This document shows positions 25,942-40,543 of a stretch of 64,000 bases of DNA, one piece after another. Under the pieces are notes generated by a model, which saw only the letters and a list, made by a program, of their open reading frames with translations, did no database searches and was not told the DNA's origin. Made by a program: the position numbers and the translations under genes. Source of the DNA: Tubulanus polymorphus. Its lineage: Eukaryota; Animalia; Nemertea. The DNA lies in the NCBI RefSeq assembly GCF_964204645.1, contig NC_134029.1, positions 5,890,001 through 5,954,000 on the forward strand, written 5' to 3'. The stretch's first letter is position 1. Every line of letters starts with the position of its first letter.

Positions 25942-28900
25942 TTAAACTAGATACGTATCAATATTTTCTAAGTCTACATCGATCTTCACGTCGACTTCAT
26001 GATCATCATCATCATCGCCGCGTTGAGCTTCGACGTCGGATTTCCAAGTGACCATTTTCACGCTATCGAGTCTGTTCTCAGCCGACGAACAACGCGACGA
26101 TTTGTTGCTGAGACTCTCTTTGAAATAAACGTCTGCGTCGTCGCCGCCGCGGTAGTTCTCCGGCGAGACATCGTCGCGCGACAACGCGGGCATCGTTTGA
26201 TCGGTGAACTCGTCCTCGATCGTCGTCACGCTGAACGTACGCGTTCTCGTCGGCTTGCTGCCGTCGCCGTCTTTCGACGGTTGTCTCTGGATGATTCGCA
26301 CGACCGGCTCCTGAGATGGCGCAGCCGCCGTCGTCGCGGAGGCAGCGTCGGTCGAACCTTTCGTCGGCGAAACATCGACGCAATCGCGGCGTTCAACTTT
26401 GCCGTGGCGTTTCGTTTTAGAATCTCGAACGTCGAGCAACAATGGTGAAGCGACCGAATACGATTCGACCTCGTTATTCGAAATATCCACCGGTACTTCA
26501 CGTTTTTGTAATTTATTTCGCAGCGCCATTTTGTTCGCGGTGAACTGATTTTTCGGACCATCTTTGATCAAATCGACTACGTCTGATAGATCCTCGTCGC
26601 TGAACGTACTCAGAGCAGCCGGCTGGTCGGCGTACGACGACGAAGGCGACTTTTTCCTCGAACGCGATTTGTCTTTCGAACTCTTACCTTTAACCTCCGC
26701 TGCAGGTGCCAGTTCTAACTGAACCGCACCTTCGCTATCGCCAGATAATGAGAATGTCACTCGAGAACTCAATTCACTGATCGTAAGATTTTTCTGATTC
26801 GGTCGCGACGTTTTCGATCGTTTCTTCTGCGAACTTTTCTGCAACTTCTTGAACTTCGCGTTCAAATCGTCGGGGCTCGAAACCGCGTCGATATCCGGCG
26901 TATCGGACGACTGATGATCGATAGGGGGCGCCGTTAAACGATTCATCGCGTCGATGTCGTCGTACGTTTCGCCCGCGGCCGTCGCGCCGTGGTCGCTTCC
27001 GCTCTCGCTGAATTCGTCGATGACGTCGTGTAGCATTTGATTTTCTAACGCGACCTGCATCGCCATGCTGTTACGACGCGGTATGAAACGACGCGTGTAA
27101 TTCTGAAACGGGTCGGGCTGCTGTCGATCGTGATGACCGAGGATATTCAACTGCGCGTTCGTCGTCGTCACCGCCGCTGCAGCTGACGCCATCGCTTCCC
27201 GCCCGCAGCTGACACCGCTGTCGGCTTGTTCGTTGCTCTCTGTGCTGTCGTTCGAATTCCGACTCGGACTATCGTCGTCGAGTTGATTCAAATGCTCCGT
27301 GCTGATCGCCATGAAGTGCGGCGCGATACCGCTTGCGATACCATTCATTTGTTCCTCTTCGCGTTCGCGTAACGCTAAAATCATCGCTCTGAACAGCTGC
27401 CAGTCGCCGAAGTTCATTCCGACGACCTGTTTCAGTTCTTCGAGGTCGCAATGCGATAAAACGAAGCCGTTCAGGTTGTTCTCTTTGATCGTCGCGATGT
27501 ATGTCGATAGCATGTTACGATTGAGACCTTCGAGACGACTGATCGTATCACAGATATGAGTTAGATTCATACCACTCAGTGGCTTCTGCGGGGTTCCACC
27601 CTGAAATACATATATGCCTTATTTACAACCACGAATACAGAGCCACTGTACCACAACAGTTCCATTTCTATCCCTGCCCTCTACTCATGAATATGGCTAA
27701 GATATTTTTCTTATTCTTAAATAAAAAATAGATCTAACGATGATGGTGATATAATGCCATATCTCAGAAAATAACCGATGAGAACTAAAATCCCTGCGCA
27801 TCTAAGACCAAAGAATAAAGGCAACTAAGCTATCAATAGCAATGAATTCACTTCTTAATCAGATGAAAAATAAGTCTGCCCGAATTCTATTTTAAATCTC
27901 CTTTTTTCAAATTAAATTCTCAAAAATAAAAATTCATATCGATTTTATAAATTTTCACCTACCCTCAAGAACACTTTCGGGGTTAATCGAGACATCGTAC
28001 GCGTTGAACCCGCGATCGATGCAGCCGGAGACATCAACTGCATCATCTGTTGTTGCATCAACGGGAATGAGCCGAGTTGTCGTAACCTCGAGTCCGACGG
28101 TTTCATTGGAGGTGCAAAACCTGCTCCTAAAAATGGATACCATCGGTCGGTTTGAGGAGTGCCAGCGACAACTGCGCGGTCAGGTAGGGAAAAAGAGAAA
28201 TAGGAGATCGGATTTAGAAATCATTTGAAATCATTCTTAAGTACATCATTTCCATTTCAGCTCTGTAGGATGGAAGTTACAGGGCTGCCAACTTCTGAAA
28301 AGTGCTATCTGATCTGATCTGTGCTATCTGAGCTGATTTTTTTTCAGTAACATTCCTTGAAATATGAGAAAGAAATCGGTAATCAACAGTAAGACCTTCA
28401 GTAACATCTTTCATATTTCTCTATGCATCGAACAAAATCAAATGAGTATTTCTCGTTATAAAATAGTTACAAATACAGAAAATCAGGAACAGTTGGCAGC
28501 TCTGAAGTTAAATCAATTCAGAATTTGATTAAAACATCTAAACAGCTCGATCACTTATTAGCATAATCTTATTGTTAAAAACAATCAAAATAATGGATTA
28601 TGAAATAATCTAACACTTTAACCCTTTGACTGCAAGACCTGATTTATTGATTACGAGCCTGTCACTATGTCCGGGATTTTGAGAAAAAATCATATTTTTC
28701 CAAAATAACTTTTTAGTTTATCAATACACCAACTGAGGTCAGCTTGTCATGGTACTATGACCCCATCAGTAGCAGTCGAAGGATTAAGCATATTTGGAAA
28801 ACGGGATAAGATGACTATCATTAGAAAATCAGAAAAAAACATTACTTCAATGATCAATCACATCAGAAGGAAAACACATAGCAAACCTTCTGGCACGAAA

Positions 28901-31900
28901 TTAAGTTTTCATTAGCGGATTAGATCAAATCTTTACCTGAAAAGTTGTCGTAAGAACTCGTTTTTGGAAATCCAGGAACTGGTTCGAGCAACTGACTGTC
29001 AAAGTTCTTCATGTAATCTATAGAAAAATAGACGCGTGAGAAGAAATTTGAAATAGGTTCTGATCAGCAAGAATATGTTTAAACCATGAATGAAATATCA
29101 TTAGGCAGATCAAAATTAAAGATTTTATCAAGGAAATGATACGTCAGTTGAAAGTGAAAGATATGCCTTATTTTTTACCTCGTATTATTTTGCGTAAAAA
29201 CGGATCCATGTTAATACTGCAAGGTAGAAACTTCTTTAGATCGCTGACGTTCAACATAGGACTCATTCCCGACAGTAAAGCCTCCAGTTTACGAGCGTTA
29301 CGATCAATTTCAAGCAGAGGTTCCTGCTCTCGAGACACCGGTACACGCGGAAGTACCCTTAAACAAGAAAAATAACTACAGTTTATTTCACTGCTTCGTG
29401 CTCTGAGTTCAACAAGAATAACTGTATGGGGTACATACTTTTCATAAATATCCTTTAAAGACGTCGATTCGTCAAGATCACTTGTGTCTTCGTAATACCA
29501 GACAATCCAAGCCGTTCTATACGGCCATTGTTCCGTCAAATTGATCCATGTAGCTAAACGATGCCAGCTGTACTCAACATCATACGCTCGAAGCAAACGC
29601 CCTAAAAACAATACCGGTAATAAAGATAGCATTCACCATGTCACACATGCATCCTATGATTGTTTCCATCCAAGAGAATTCAGTTAGATTTATCTATTCA
29701 ATTTTCCAGAAAATAAGGTGAATTAAACTTTTTTACTCAGGGTAAATAATTCAAGTTTATTCAGCTGGAATCCGAGGTGGCAGATAATTTCATCAATCAA
29801 TTGTGGGAACATTGGCTAACATTCAGTAAGGTCGCCTCAAGAAGCCTGGATGCAGTCCATGCCCAGAACCCCTGAAATTGTCCACCCAGCTGCACAAACC
29901 CCGGATAGAATAGCACAAAACAGAGAAGAAATATATTTTCAATAACCCTTTCAGTGCATCGGTGATGGACTGTGCTAGTAATACCATAGTGGCATAGATA
30001 CACTTAAGCGGTTTGCCCACTATTCAACACAATGAGGTAAATTTTCTTTTAGATTCTAAAATCATCTCCAGCACTTTCGGATATTAATCAGACAGCACTG
30101 AAAGGGTTTAAGTAGTTACATTACTGGACGGACAATATCACATTGATATGGTATAAGGAAGAGAAATGTTCTTTTAAAGCTCGAAAAAAATGCATTAAGA
30201 AAATTTCAACATTTTACGCATATTTCATAAGTGAATATAAGTTTAAGTGAAGCTGTAAAATCAATTTACCTGTGACAGCGATGATATTCAACAAACGTCT
30301 CATATTGCGAGGATTCACGTCGCTGAAATAGTCGTGTTTTAACAACGTTTTCGACAAGTCGGTCGTCGACGCGAAGTACGAACTGCTGCCCATCGAAAAC
30401 CGGTCGGGATGACGGTGTTTATTGCCGCGAATTGAAAACTTATCCAAACTCAACGACGACATTATCGACTCATTTCGCTGAAACAGAGTTTTCGTAAATG
30501 TAAATTTTTACCATCTACCACATTTCGATACTTCGAGATCGGGTCCAAATCAATCAATTTTACAGCGAGCGAAAATCATTTTTGCCCCAAGCCGAGCCCA
30601 AAGCGATAATCAACAACCAGTAGTCTCATAACTATTCGAATAAGACTAACAGATAAGTATGGGGGCAAGCCATAAAGTACGAAGGCAAAACTTCGCCCAT
30701 TGTACATGTACCTTCATAGGAAGATGTGACCAATTTTCAACCGTTCCCTCATGTGGTTGGTGGATGCTTACCGGTAAGTACTTTATGGATTTGCCCCGAT
30801 GAAGCACGATGGAGATATCGTTTACGCAGTACTATACCCAAATCATGCAGCGGCTCTTAAACTAAACACTAATACAACCATTGGATAAAGGCATCTTCTA
30901 AAGAGGCAGTTTTTGAAACCAAATTCTAATTCTTAAAGATTTTTTGTTCCAGTATATAAAAGCGTATCGGCGAAATTTGAAAAGCGGTGATTGAATATGC
31001 GAAAATAGGCCTCGGCGTGATTTATATTTTTTCGGCGAGAAATACAGCTATCTTCGTTAATATGATGATAATATCGTGGATACATAATATAATCGATGAC
31101 TATACCAGGAACTCGGGCCTGCCTCGCCGGGCCAGCAAAGGGGACTGCACTTCACGCTTGTTGGCCTATGATATAAGAAATTTGTTAGCACGAAAGCTAA
31201 TATAAATAATAATAATAATAATGATAATAATATCATTATCATGATAATGATTATTAATCGTCATATATACTTATGATCAAACTAATCCCATGACATAAAA
31301 CACACCGGCACAGGATGTTTCAAACATCGCCTATTTTTTTTCATTCAAAGGACTAAACTCAACCAACCCGCATAATGATGAGACATGCAATCTGTTACCT
31401 CAATTTTCCAAAATGGATATGACCAAGGAATTTCAAAAGGCTCACCAATACCGGTAATGATATGTATTTTTCTGATGGATATTAGAGCTCTGTTCCGCAA
31501 TTGTGAGGTAAAATTTGACCGTATAACTGGTAGTTCATTATCAATTTAGTAAAACTTTACACAGTCAAATCAAACTCATTATCACAGAACCGGGCACAAG
31601 TTACATGATGCAGAAACGAGTATTATCAAATAAATAAGAGGGTAAGGAGAGTGGATTTCAGGTAAATGGCTCCCATAGGCCGTGCTTATCATCCGAGAGC
31701 AGAACATGCAATTTGACATATTCCATATTTACAGAATACGTACATTACAGTAGAACCCGCTTAATTCCGATCATTCGGGACAAATTTTTGACATAATTTT
31801 GGAAGAAAAATCATATCCAAAATACAAGCGGGCCGTTAATAGATAATCTACAGATCAGCCGAAGATTTAGATTAAACTGATCCGGATTAATCGGGTTATA

Positions 31901-34900
31901 CTGTACGTACGTATATAAATGCACGTGTGTTTTATATCATAACCGTATGATATATAAACCTAGAATTGTTTTCTCATTTGCTCTGCGTATACTAGTACCG
32001 ATTCATCAGCGCCCGAACTTCGTCTACTAGCCGATTTCACAGTTAGATATTCCTTATCATTGATCTTTGAAAATAATACGTGCATCATGAGTAATTGTAT
32101 TTGTGAACATAATACGTTAGTATTCAATAAAACAGAACTGTGAGTTAGAAAACAAAAAGTTGAAATGATCATTTGAAAATTAAATCTTGAGTTAAATGTA
32201 ACTCACAAAATGCGAAGTTTGATAGAGATTAAGGGTCTAAGGGGCCATTTCACAGAACGTCTTTAAGTTTCATTAGTCCTCATAATGCACACACTATGCG
32301 AATAGAACTTTATGAAATAAGTTTATATAATGAAAACCCATTTATGTAAAGTTTTAAAACCAAGAATTTATCTATTCAAAAATTCAAAACGATACAATGT
32401 TTCAATCTCTCACAAGAGATCATCATCAGGTGTGGTGATGACGATGATCTCTAGTGTTCGAAATGTTGTGTATTTTTGAAATTTTCGATTAAATAAATTC
32501 TTGGTTTTAAAACTTTTAAATCTAAAAAAAGAGTGGGATTTTATCATATTATCCATTCTCCGCGTACTTCAAATAGCCTATGAAGTTTGTCTGTGAAATG
32601 GCTCAGCTGGATTACAATTCAGAAAACTGAAAGCATTGTCAATAAATTGTGACATTTTTTGTCTGGTCATCTTCCCTCAGCTTCATCAGCCTGATGGCAT
32701 CAAGTCTGCTTTAAAAAACCCTGTTCCAGAATGCGGGCAACACAGCTAATCACCCACATCTCTATCAGCCATATCGCAATTCTCATTACATTCAGTCAGC
32801 GTTAGGAAAAATCTACAGCACAGGAAATCTGAATGGGTACACACATTTCTGCATGAATAGATTTTTTCACATGTGCTGATCCATATTTGCAGTTAACTCA
32901 TAGAAACAACAAATAAACGATGAAATTAAAGGGGTTTAAATAAAAATACAACAAATACTATGTTAACCCTTTCAGTGCGTCTACACCGCAGTGTGGTGTG
33001 AAAATCGGTGATGGTTTTTGCTAGTACACTGCACTGCGGTGTATTGATGTAATTAGTAATTAGTTTTTATCTCTATGGAAAAATGGCAGCACCTGCCAAA
33101 CATAGTGAAATATTAGTAACTAACGATACACTGCACCGCGGTGTAGACGCACTATAGTGGTATTCCCGTTATTGAATACACTAGGGTGGAATTTTTAAAA
33201 ATTTTCAAATTATCTTCAGCACTATAGGGTATTAATTAGTCAAAACTGAAAGCGTTAATAGTGAATAGTAAACGATGCAATTCTAATCATTTCATGTCGA
33301 CACATATGACTGCATTTACGCGGGCCAAAGTGCTTACATGGTACGAATAGACAACAACAAAGGCCTACTGTTTTAGCCGTATTTACCTGGTGCTAAGAGA
33401 AATGAATCAAAGATAAAATAGATTTAAAACCGAGAACTAAAAAGATATTTGCATGATTTAAAGTCGTTAAACTTAAAATATTTTCTTCTATGTTCATCAT
33501 TTAAAAAAGATTTGTATATAAACTGTGAGTTGAGGGAAGGTCTACGTAAATCATAGAAAATGTAGTGACGGAAAAAGAATCTTCGATGCAAAGGATTACT
33601 TACATGTATTTTCGGTGGAGATTCCCGATGATCGTGACTCTCATTCGTGGCCCGCAAATGACTACCGATGACTACCGTGGGCACCGGGTGACCTTGATTC
33701 TGTAAGAACACCGGCAAGTGTACGATATTGCGCAGATAATCGTGACCGTTGATGTTCGAATCGCGGAACAGACCGGGCAAATTTTGCTCGATTCCTTTGA
33801 TGATGATGTGCGGGTCGATGGCGAGAATCGTAATGAACGGCGATTCGTTTTCAGAGAACAGGATGTTCAAAATGTCGAGAACTTGCAACAGTTTCTCCTG
33901 TTCGCTCGAGTCCAGACCGTCGACGTAGATAACCAGACGATACTGACGTCCGGTGAAACTGTTTATGCATCGCACCATTCCGTTGATGATTTGGACTTCA
34001 TGTTTGATGTGTTGTATGAATCGTTCGACGTTGAATTTCGAGCTTTTCATCTCGGTCGCCGCGTGCAGGATGCGTGATCGTTGCGATCGAAATAACGCGG
34101 CGATCACTTTGATCCACGTGTAAACGTGTCCGATGATGATGACGCCGACGACGATTCCGAGACCGATCAACGCCCCGTACACCGGTTTGTTGTTCTTCTC
34201 GATGTCTTTCAGCGGGTAGATCGAGATGAGGCATATGGCCGCCACCAGACTGCAGAAGAATATGATCGCGATGACGAAATACGGAACGCAGCAGATCGCG
34301 CGGTAACGTCCGGAGTCGGCTGAAATTTTGAGAAAAAGAAAAAATTAGTTTAATGGGATCTACAGCACCAGTTATCCCACCAGATGAGTAGTGGACTATC
34401 TTACAGTCTTAAGTTGCAAAATTGGGACATTTTTATCAACTTCGAAGTGGATTTTCAGGCTCTCAAATTAGATTATCAAAAAGGCCGCCAAATATATATC
34501 ACATTGATCTTCCTACTTTGTGTTTGATATAGTTCATTCAATGATAAATGATTCCATTTTGATTGAAATGAATCATTTCAATGAATCGGAATCCTCCATT
34601 GCCGAAGTAGTGTTAGCAGTTCCCCATGAAATTCTACCTCATATATTTCAATAACAGCCATGAAATTATCTTTGAACCCGAAGCTGTTGAACGAACAGGG
34701 AGGTAATTGACGTTAAGATTAAGAATTCGTTCACCTTTTCGGTTCTTGAATACGGAGTAAAGTCTCGTCGCTAAAATTCCGAATTCCTTCTCGATTTGTT
34801 CGCATAAAGAGGCTAACATTGTGGCTATCGACTGTTCTCCGCCTCCGCTGACAATCCTAGTGTAACCGCTAAACAAAAACCTACAAATGATGAAGGAACG

Positions 34901-37900
34901 GGAAAGTTATGCACGAATTTACCAACTCCTGTCATTATTCCTTACTTGATGTTACAATTTGATCAAATAATATGAACTAGTGTTTTACCTGACGAGATGC
35001 ACTTCTCGAGTAGATTTCGGAGGATTCATGAATAAAACTTGTAGAATCAATTGTAATTTGCCGAGTTTGTTCGCTAGATAGACACTGACTGTGTAGGCAA
35101 TGTTCCATTCCCTTCTCTCCGTACCAAACCATATTACACCTTGTAAGAATACATTGAAATCTTGATCGATCAACCATTCAAGGAGTTCAAGGATATACTT
35201 AATTACAATTCTGGATCTATTTCCACAGTTCTGAGTTTTTCTTTCACTCACCTAAGAATACCACTACGGCTAACAGAAGACCAAGACCGACTCCTAAACC
35301 GATCTGCCACATAGTCGTTGTGCCCAATATTATTCCAATGATTGAAGCAATCGAGAAACAGAGAAAGAAAACGAGTACGGAAGGTTCGAATGTCGGCTCG
35401 CCCATCTGATGTTCAAATGACATCATTTCATCTTAAATAGAAAGATGAACACAATAGAAACCAACACAAATTCAGCCAAACAATAGCTTTAAATACATTA
35501 TGTGGCTACCAGAACGTTTCAAATCAAATCATTCATAATCGATGTAAGTTCAGCTTACTTTTCAATTTGTCGAGCAGAAAGGATTTACCGCTGCCCCATT
35601 TGGCGTAGAGTCCAACAGTGATCGGGGTACATAATGATGGTTCACTGAGAACATCGGCAATTGTACTGCCATACAATTCATATCCTAAGAGATTCTCAGT
35701 CGTATCACTGGCATTCAAATGCCCTGAAAATTTAGAAAATATTCATATAATTTTCAAGCGGAAAATGAAATCCTCATTCAAACTTAAGTACAGTCCGAAG
35801 CCCATTGTAATTTGCAGCTAGATATGTTTGCATCACCTACATACAGTAGGCTTTCATAAAGGAAAAAGAAATAAACCTACGAGCACCAAACACTTGTGTA
35901 AGAATACTGCGTTGATGATTGGAGTCAATGCTGTAAGGCGTTTCATTGGCTTTGTTCGGTTTGTACAGCAAACGACTGTTCTTCGGATTTCGCAATAACA
36001 ACTCAGTCGCCTTACGACTACGGCCTCTCAACGCGATGTGCAACGCCGTATCGCCTTTCTGTAAAATAATATTTCAAAACGATAAGTACCAGCTAACTGA
36101 ATAGAAACTGATTAAGTAACTTATGATGAACACAGAGATCAGTGACTGTTGTTTGTTAGTTTTCATTATCTTTTCTCTACGCATAATCTAACTGTATTTC
36201 TACTATCTACTTTGTTGTGCAATAACTGTCTATGTTTTGGATATAAAAGCTCAATAATCATTGAAATTTAATAGATGTTTTTAATCAAGTGAATATCGAA
36301 TTACCAGATTTCAGAGCTTGAAGGCCAGTTGTACAGTCATGACTTAAGATTTGACCAATGTAAGACCAACTTAGTTCTATATATCCAAAGATAAGACCAG
36401 TCTTAAGATTTAAGACTACTTTTGAACTTGACCCTGCAACTGGGCTCAGGATTTTAGTGAACTGGACGAAACCCTGATAATTCATAGTTGAAGAAAAGAA
36501 GATTCAAATCAAATGTAGGACGAAGAAGTGGTGAAATGAATCAATACGCATGCTTTTGAAAATAAAATATTTGCATACCTTATCAACAGCATTGACCTTC
36601 GCACCTCGAGCGAGGAGCAAGGTCACCATTTCGATGTTACGAGAACGCACTGCCTTCATCAATGGCGTGTCTCCATCCTTAGTCGCTAGATCCAAATCAG
36701 GACTAAACTCCATCAAATCACAGGCAATTTCGTAATAACCTTTTTCTACTACGTGATACAAAGCTGTCTTTCCATCCTAAAATAACAAATCAGTTAGCAT
36801 CAAAATTGAAGCTGTACTGGAACAATATCCTCGATTGAACTTTTTTAAACTTCAACCCACTGAGTGCCACGCAGGGCATGGATATTTAGCAGGTTCAACG
36901 TTTCTTTATCCCAACTAATGGGAGCGAGACCCTCAACTTCGAAACTCTGTTGCCACCAGGATTCCAACTCAGGAACCCTGGATTGACAAGATCAGTGACT
37001 GGTTTTCATACAACAGAACTTACGGAGCCTTGGACGTCGATATCAGCATACTTATTCAGTAAAACTTTCACTATATCTCTGCGGTTACTGTCACGATTTC
37101 CAGTTTTAGCACCATGAATCAATATACTGTCACCATCCTAGAAATATGTACATATACATGTATCGAAATAACTAACAACGTTCTTCTTCACTTTCGGGAA
37201 CCCTTCAGCTCGGTCATCACCAGATAATTTTGAGGAGTGTCAGTATCGCTTGGTAAACCATTGATTTTGTGGTTCCGTAAGCAAATTTCTATCCTTTACA
37301 CTACCTAAACTGGGTTTCTAGTTTGGTAACTGCCTAATTCGGGTAAAAAATCCAGATCCCAACTGTATCGATTTAAGGGTAGTCTACTGCACAACTACAA
37401 ACTAGCCAAACATTTCTAAATGCCTATTTCTCAAAATTGAAGGATTTCTATAAGGGGTTTTGTGCATTTTGTTCAAATTAAAGGAGTTTCAAGCACCTTT
37501 TCCGTTTTGAAGGAATCAAGGAGTCGTAGGGGCACTGACTTCATATTTGTGAACACATTTGCTTACTCGATCATTCAGGTTCACATATGCTCCTTTTTCG
37601 ACCAGTTCTTCGACGATTTCTAAGTGTCCACCGCGCACGGCCCAAGTCAAAGCTGTGAAACCATCCTAAAACATGAAAAACGCATCCATTTTTACTCAAA
37701 GATGCTCAAACAAATTTGTAAAAATAACAGGGTTTTTTCAAACATTTCGAAGACTAACCTTATCAACGGCATTGGTATTCGGATTACAATCTAAAATCAA
37801 TCTAACACACTCTAAGAAACCGTTTTTCGCAACAACGATCAATGGAGTCCACGAGTACTGTAAACAATCATGGCATCACAGTTAATACTGCACTGAATAT

Positions 37901-40496
37901 CATCACGAATACTGAAGCCAACAGGACCATAATTAGGGGAGGGGGGGGGCACTTGCCCCTCAGAAATTATGGTAAAGTACCCTTTCTGCATCTGCCTGTG
38001 CCCTTTTAAAAAATCTTTTGAATATCATTGTTATATCCAATAGAAATTAAATGTAGAATCATTCATTTGGGACTTAGGCCTACAAGGATTTTGTAATAGG
38101 ACTGACAGCATTTTTGTCAAGGCATATAAGAATTGCCTGTAACTGCCTGTTTTAGGGTTTCTCTGCTCCATCAAAATTCTAATGCTAAGTTCATGTAATG
38201 AACAGTACTCACCATGCCTGCGTTGTCCACGTTAGCTCCATTATCGATGAGCATGCCGACAATTTCCTCGAGACCTTTCCTCGCCGCCCACAATAATGGA
38301 CCCGACCCGTATTTATCGGCTGTGTTCACTTTAGCGTTGTGCTCGAGCAGCAGTTCGACGATCTCAACGTAACCGCGTCCGGCCGCCCAAATCAACGAAC
38401 TCATGTGGTGTTCGCTTTTGATGTTCGGATTCGCGCCGTGTTGCAGTAGCATTCGCACGACGTCCGTACGACCTTTATAACACGACCACATCAGCGGCGT
38501 CCAGCCACCCTGATAAAGATAAAAACATCACCGTACAGTCGGTTTCACTTTATTAGGTCATCGTCATCAGATAAGTCATCACATCACTAAAGTTGCCTGT
38601 ACTTTTGAGTGCAAAATTTGTATTTTGAATTCTCATGCATTTGACAAGTTGTGAACATAATAGGCGAGTTCAGCGGTTCGGTGTGACTGAAGCAGCCTTC
38701 AGTTCAGAGCTGGTTATTTCAGTTTAGACCGAGTTGACTGAGTTCAGCAATGAAACGGGGAACCGAGACAACTATCTAGCTCAGTCAGCCCAATCAAACA
38801 TACCTAATGATCGTCCCAACTATGATGTAAGCGAGTTTGAATGCATTTCAAATTTCATTAAGTTACGAGTTGCTTAACCCTAGAATCTTACCCCACTGTT
38901 AAAGAAATCTTGGTACGCGATCTTTCAGAAATTCACTTCTCAATAGAATATACCACTTTTTAACAGACGAGAATAGACTGGTACTTACAACATCTCTAGC
39001 TTCTAAAACTGCTCCCGAATCCAACAATGCAACAGCGATGTCAAGATGTCCGTGCTTGCAGGCGTAATGAAGAGCTGTCCAATCATCCTGGAAAGAGATG
39101 AAAAATATTGAGAAATTCACGGTGAAACAAACGCTTCTGTTGGTCTAGGTATCGTCAATGAATAGAAAGTCTTTACAGTGGTCTTAAGGGTATTGGTCAG
39201 GTACGGCTCATATACCGGTAAACTAAGCATAACTTCAGTTGGTTGCTCGTTATACAATGAACTCCTGTACAGAAACTTCAAAAAACTTATTGATGATAAG
39301 ATTTCATGACCGAGTCAACGCTTTGTTACAAAGTCTTCATTTAAAATGTCAAATGTGCTGAGTGAATATGGGCTTATTTTTAAAATTCAATACCTGGCCA
39401 AAACTGAATTTTGATAATATAACAGATCTAATCACGAAACTTGTATAAATGTCTTCACATAGACTTATTTTTTAAATAATCGACTATGCAATGTGGTGCT
39501 AGCACTCACCAGATGCCGCAACTACACATTGGGTTATTCATAGTGAAAATCAGTTAATTTTGAATGAAATTTGAACTTGATTTTTAGTCTTCCAAAACCG
39601 ATAATTATCAAACAAGTCATGGGATAGTTGTGTATTCAGTTTTCTCAATCAGTGTATGGTGTAGATTAAACTCCAAGTGGATTCACTAATGAGAATAGTC
39701 AATTTGAATTTAATTGGTAGAAAAAACTGAAGCGCCGTAACCCTGTGCCACCTGGCCTAAAGCTCGCTTGCCACAGTAGTAGCCGTTACCCCATTTAAAT
39801 TGGAGAAATATATCTGCACGGTACTTACGTAATCAACCGCGGTAACGTCGACTTCGTGATCGATCAGTTTCCTAACAACTTCATAATTGCCTTGTTGAGA
39901 TGCGGACATAAGAAACGTAATTCCATTCTGAAAAACATTCCAAATATACATTCAATAATCTTTATCATCGAATAACCCATCGAATAAATCTCACTCGAAC
40001 AGATTTTTCTGTATAGAAGAAATGGACGAAAAAGATTTTTCTTCCAATTCTTCCATACACGAGACTGATCGCATAAAAAAATGAAAATCGGAAAGTTCCC
40101 GCGTACCTCGTCTCGGTTATCACCGGATGTGGACGGTTGTAAAAGTTCTGACGTCTCCGCGGCTCGTTTAGACCGCGGAGGGGTCAATTCGGTGACCATC
40201 GGCGTCATCAACATTTCATACGACGTATAGTATTAAACTCAATTCCGTTTATTTCAAAAACTGACATTTCAAACCGATGATAACCGACGCTTAAAATTCG
40301 AACGCCGTTTTCGCTCCTATTTCGGAAATGTATACGTCGATATGGAATAAAGCGCGATGTCATAATAACGCAAGCGCAAAAATTGATCGATGCAAAGTAT
40401 TTCGTTCTAATAATCCTCCGGAGAGATTCGCGATTGTTTGATTGACCGCCGCGCGTGTGCAATTCACGTCAATACACACTATTGACTATACACGCG

Positions 40497-40543
<47 letters not shown>

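Noticed and set aside
25999-27559. Overlapping antisense or alternative-frame ORFs within the KIDINS220 last exon (also 33718-34323)
   Set aside because: Expected by-products of GC/CpG-rich coding sequence with few stops; Arg-rich translations with no recognisable motifs.
27955-28143. Track [12 protein letters not shown]... as the KIDINS220 exon frame
   Set aside because: Splice phases only fit another frame ([17 protein letters not shown]...KVFLR|gtaggt).
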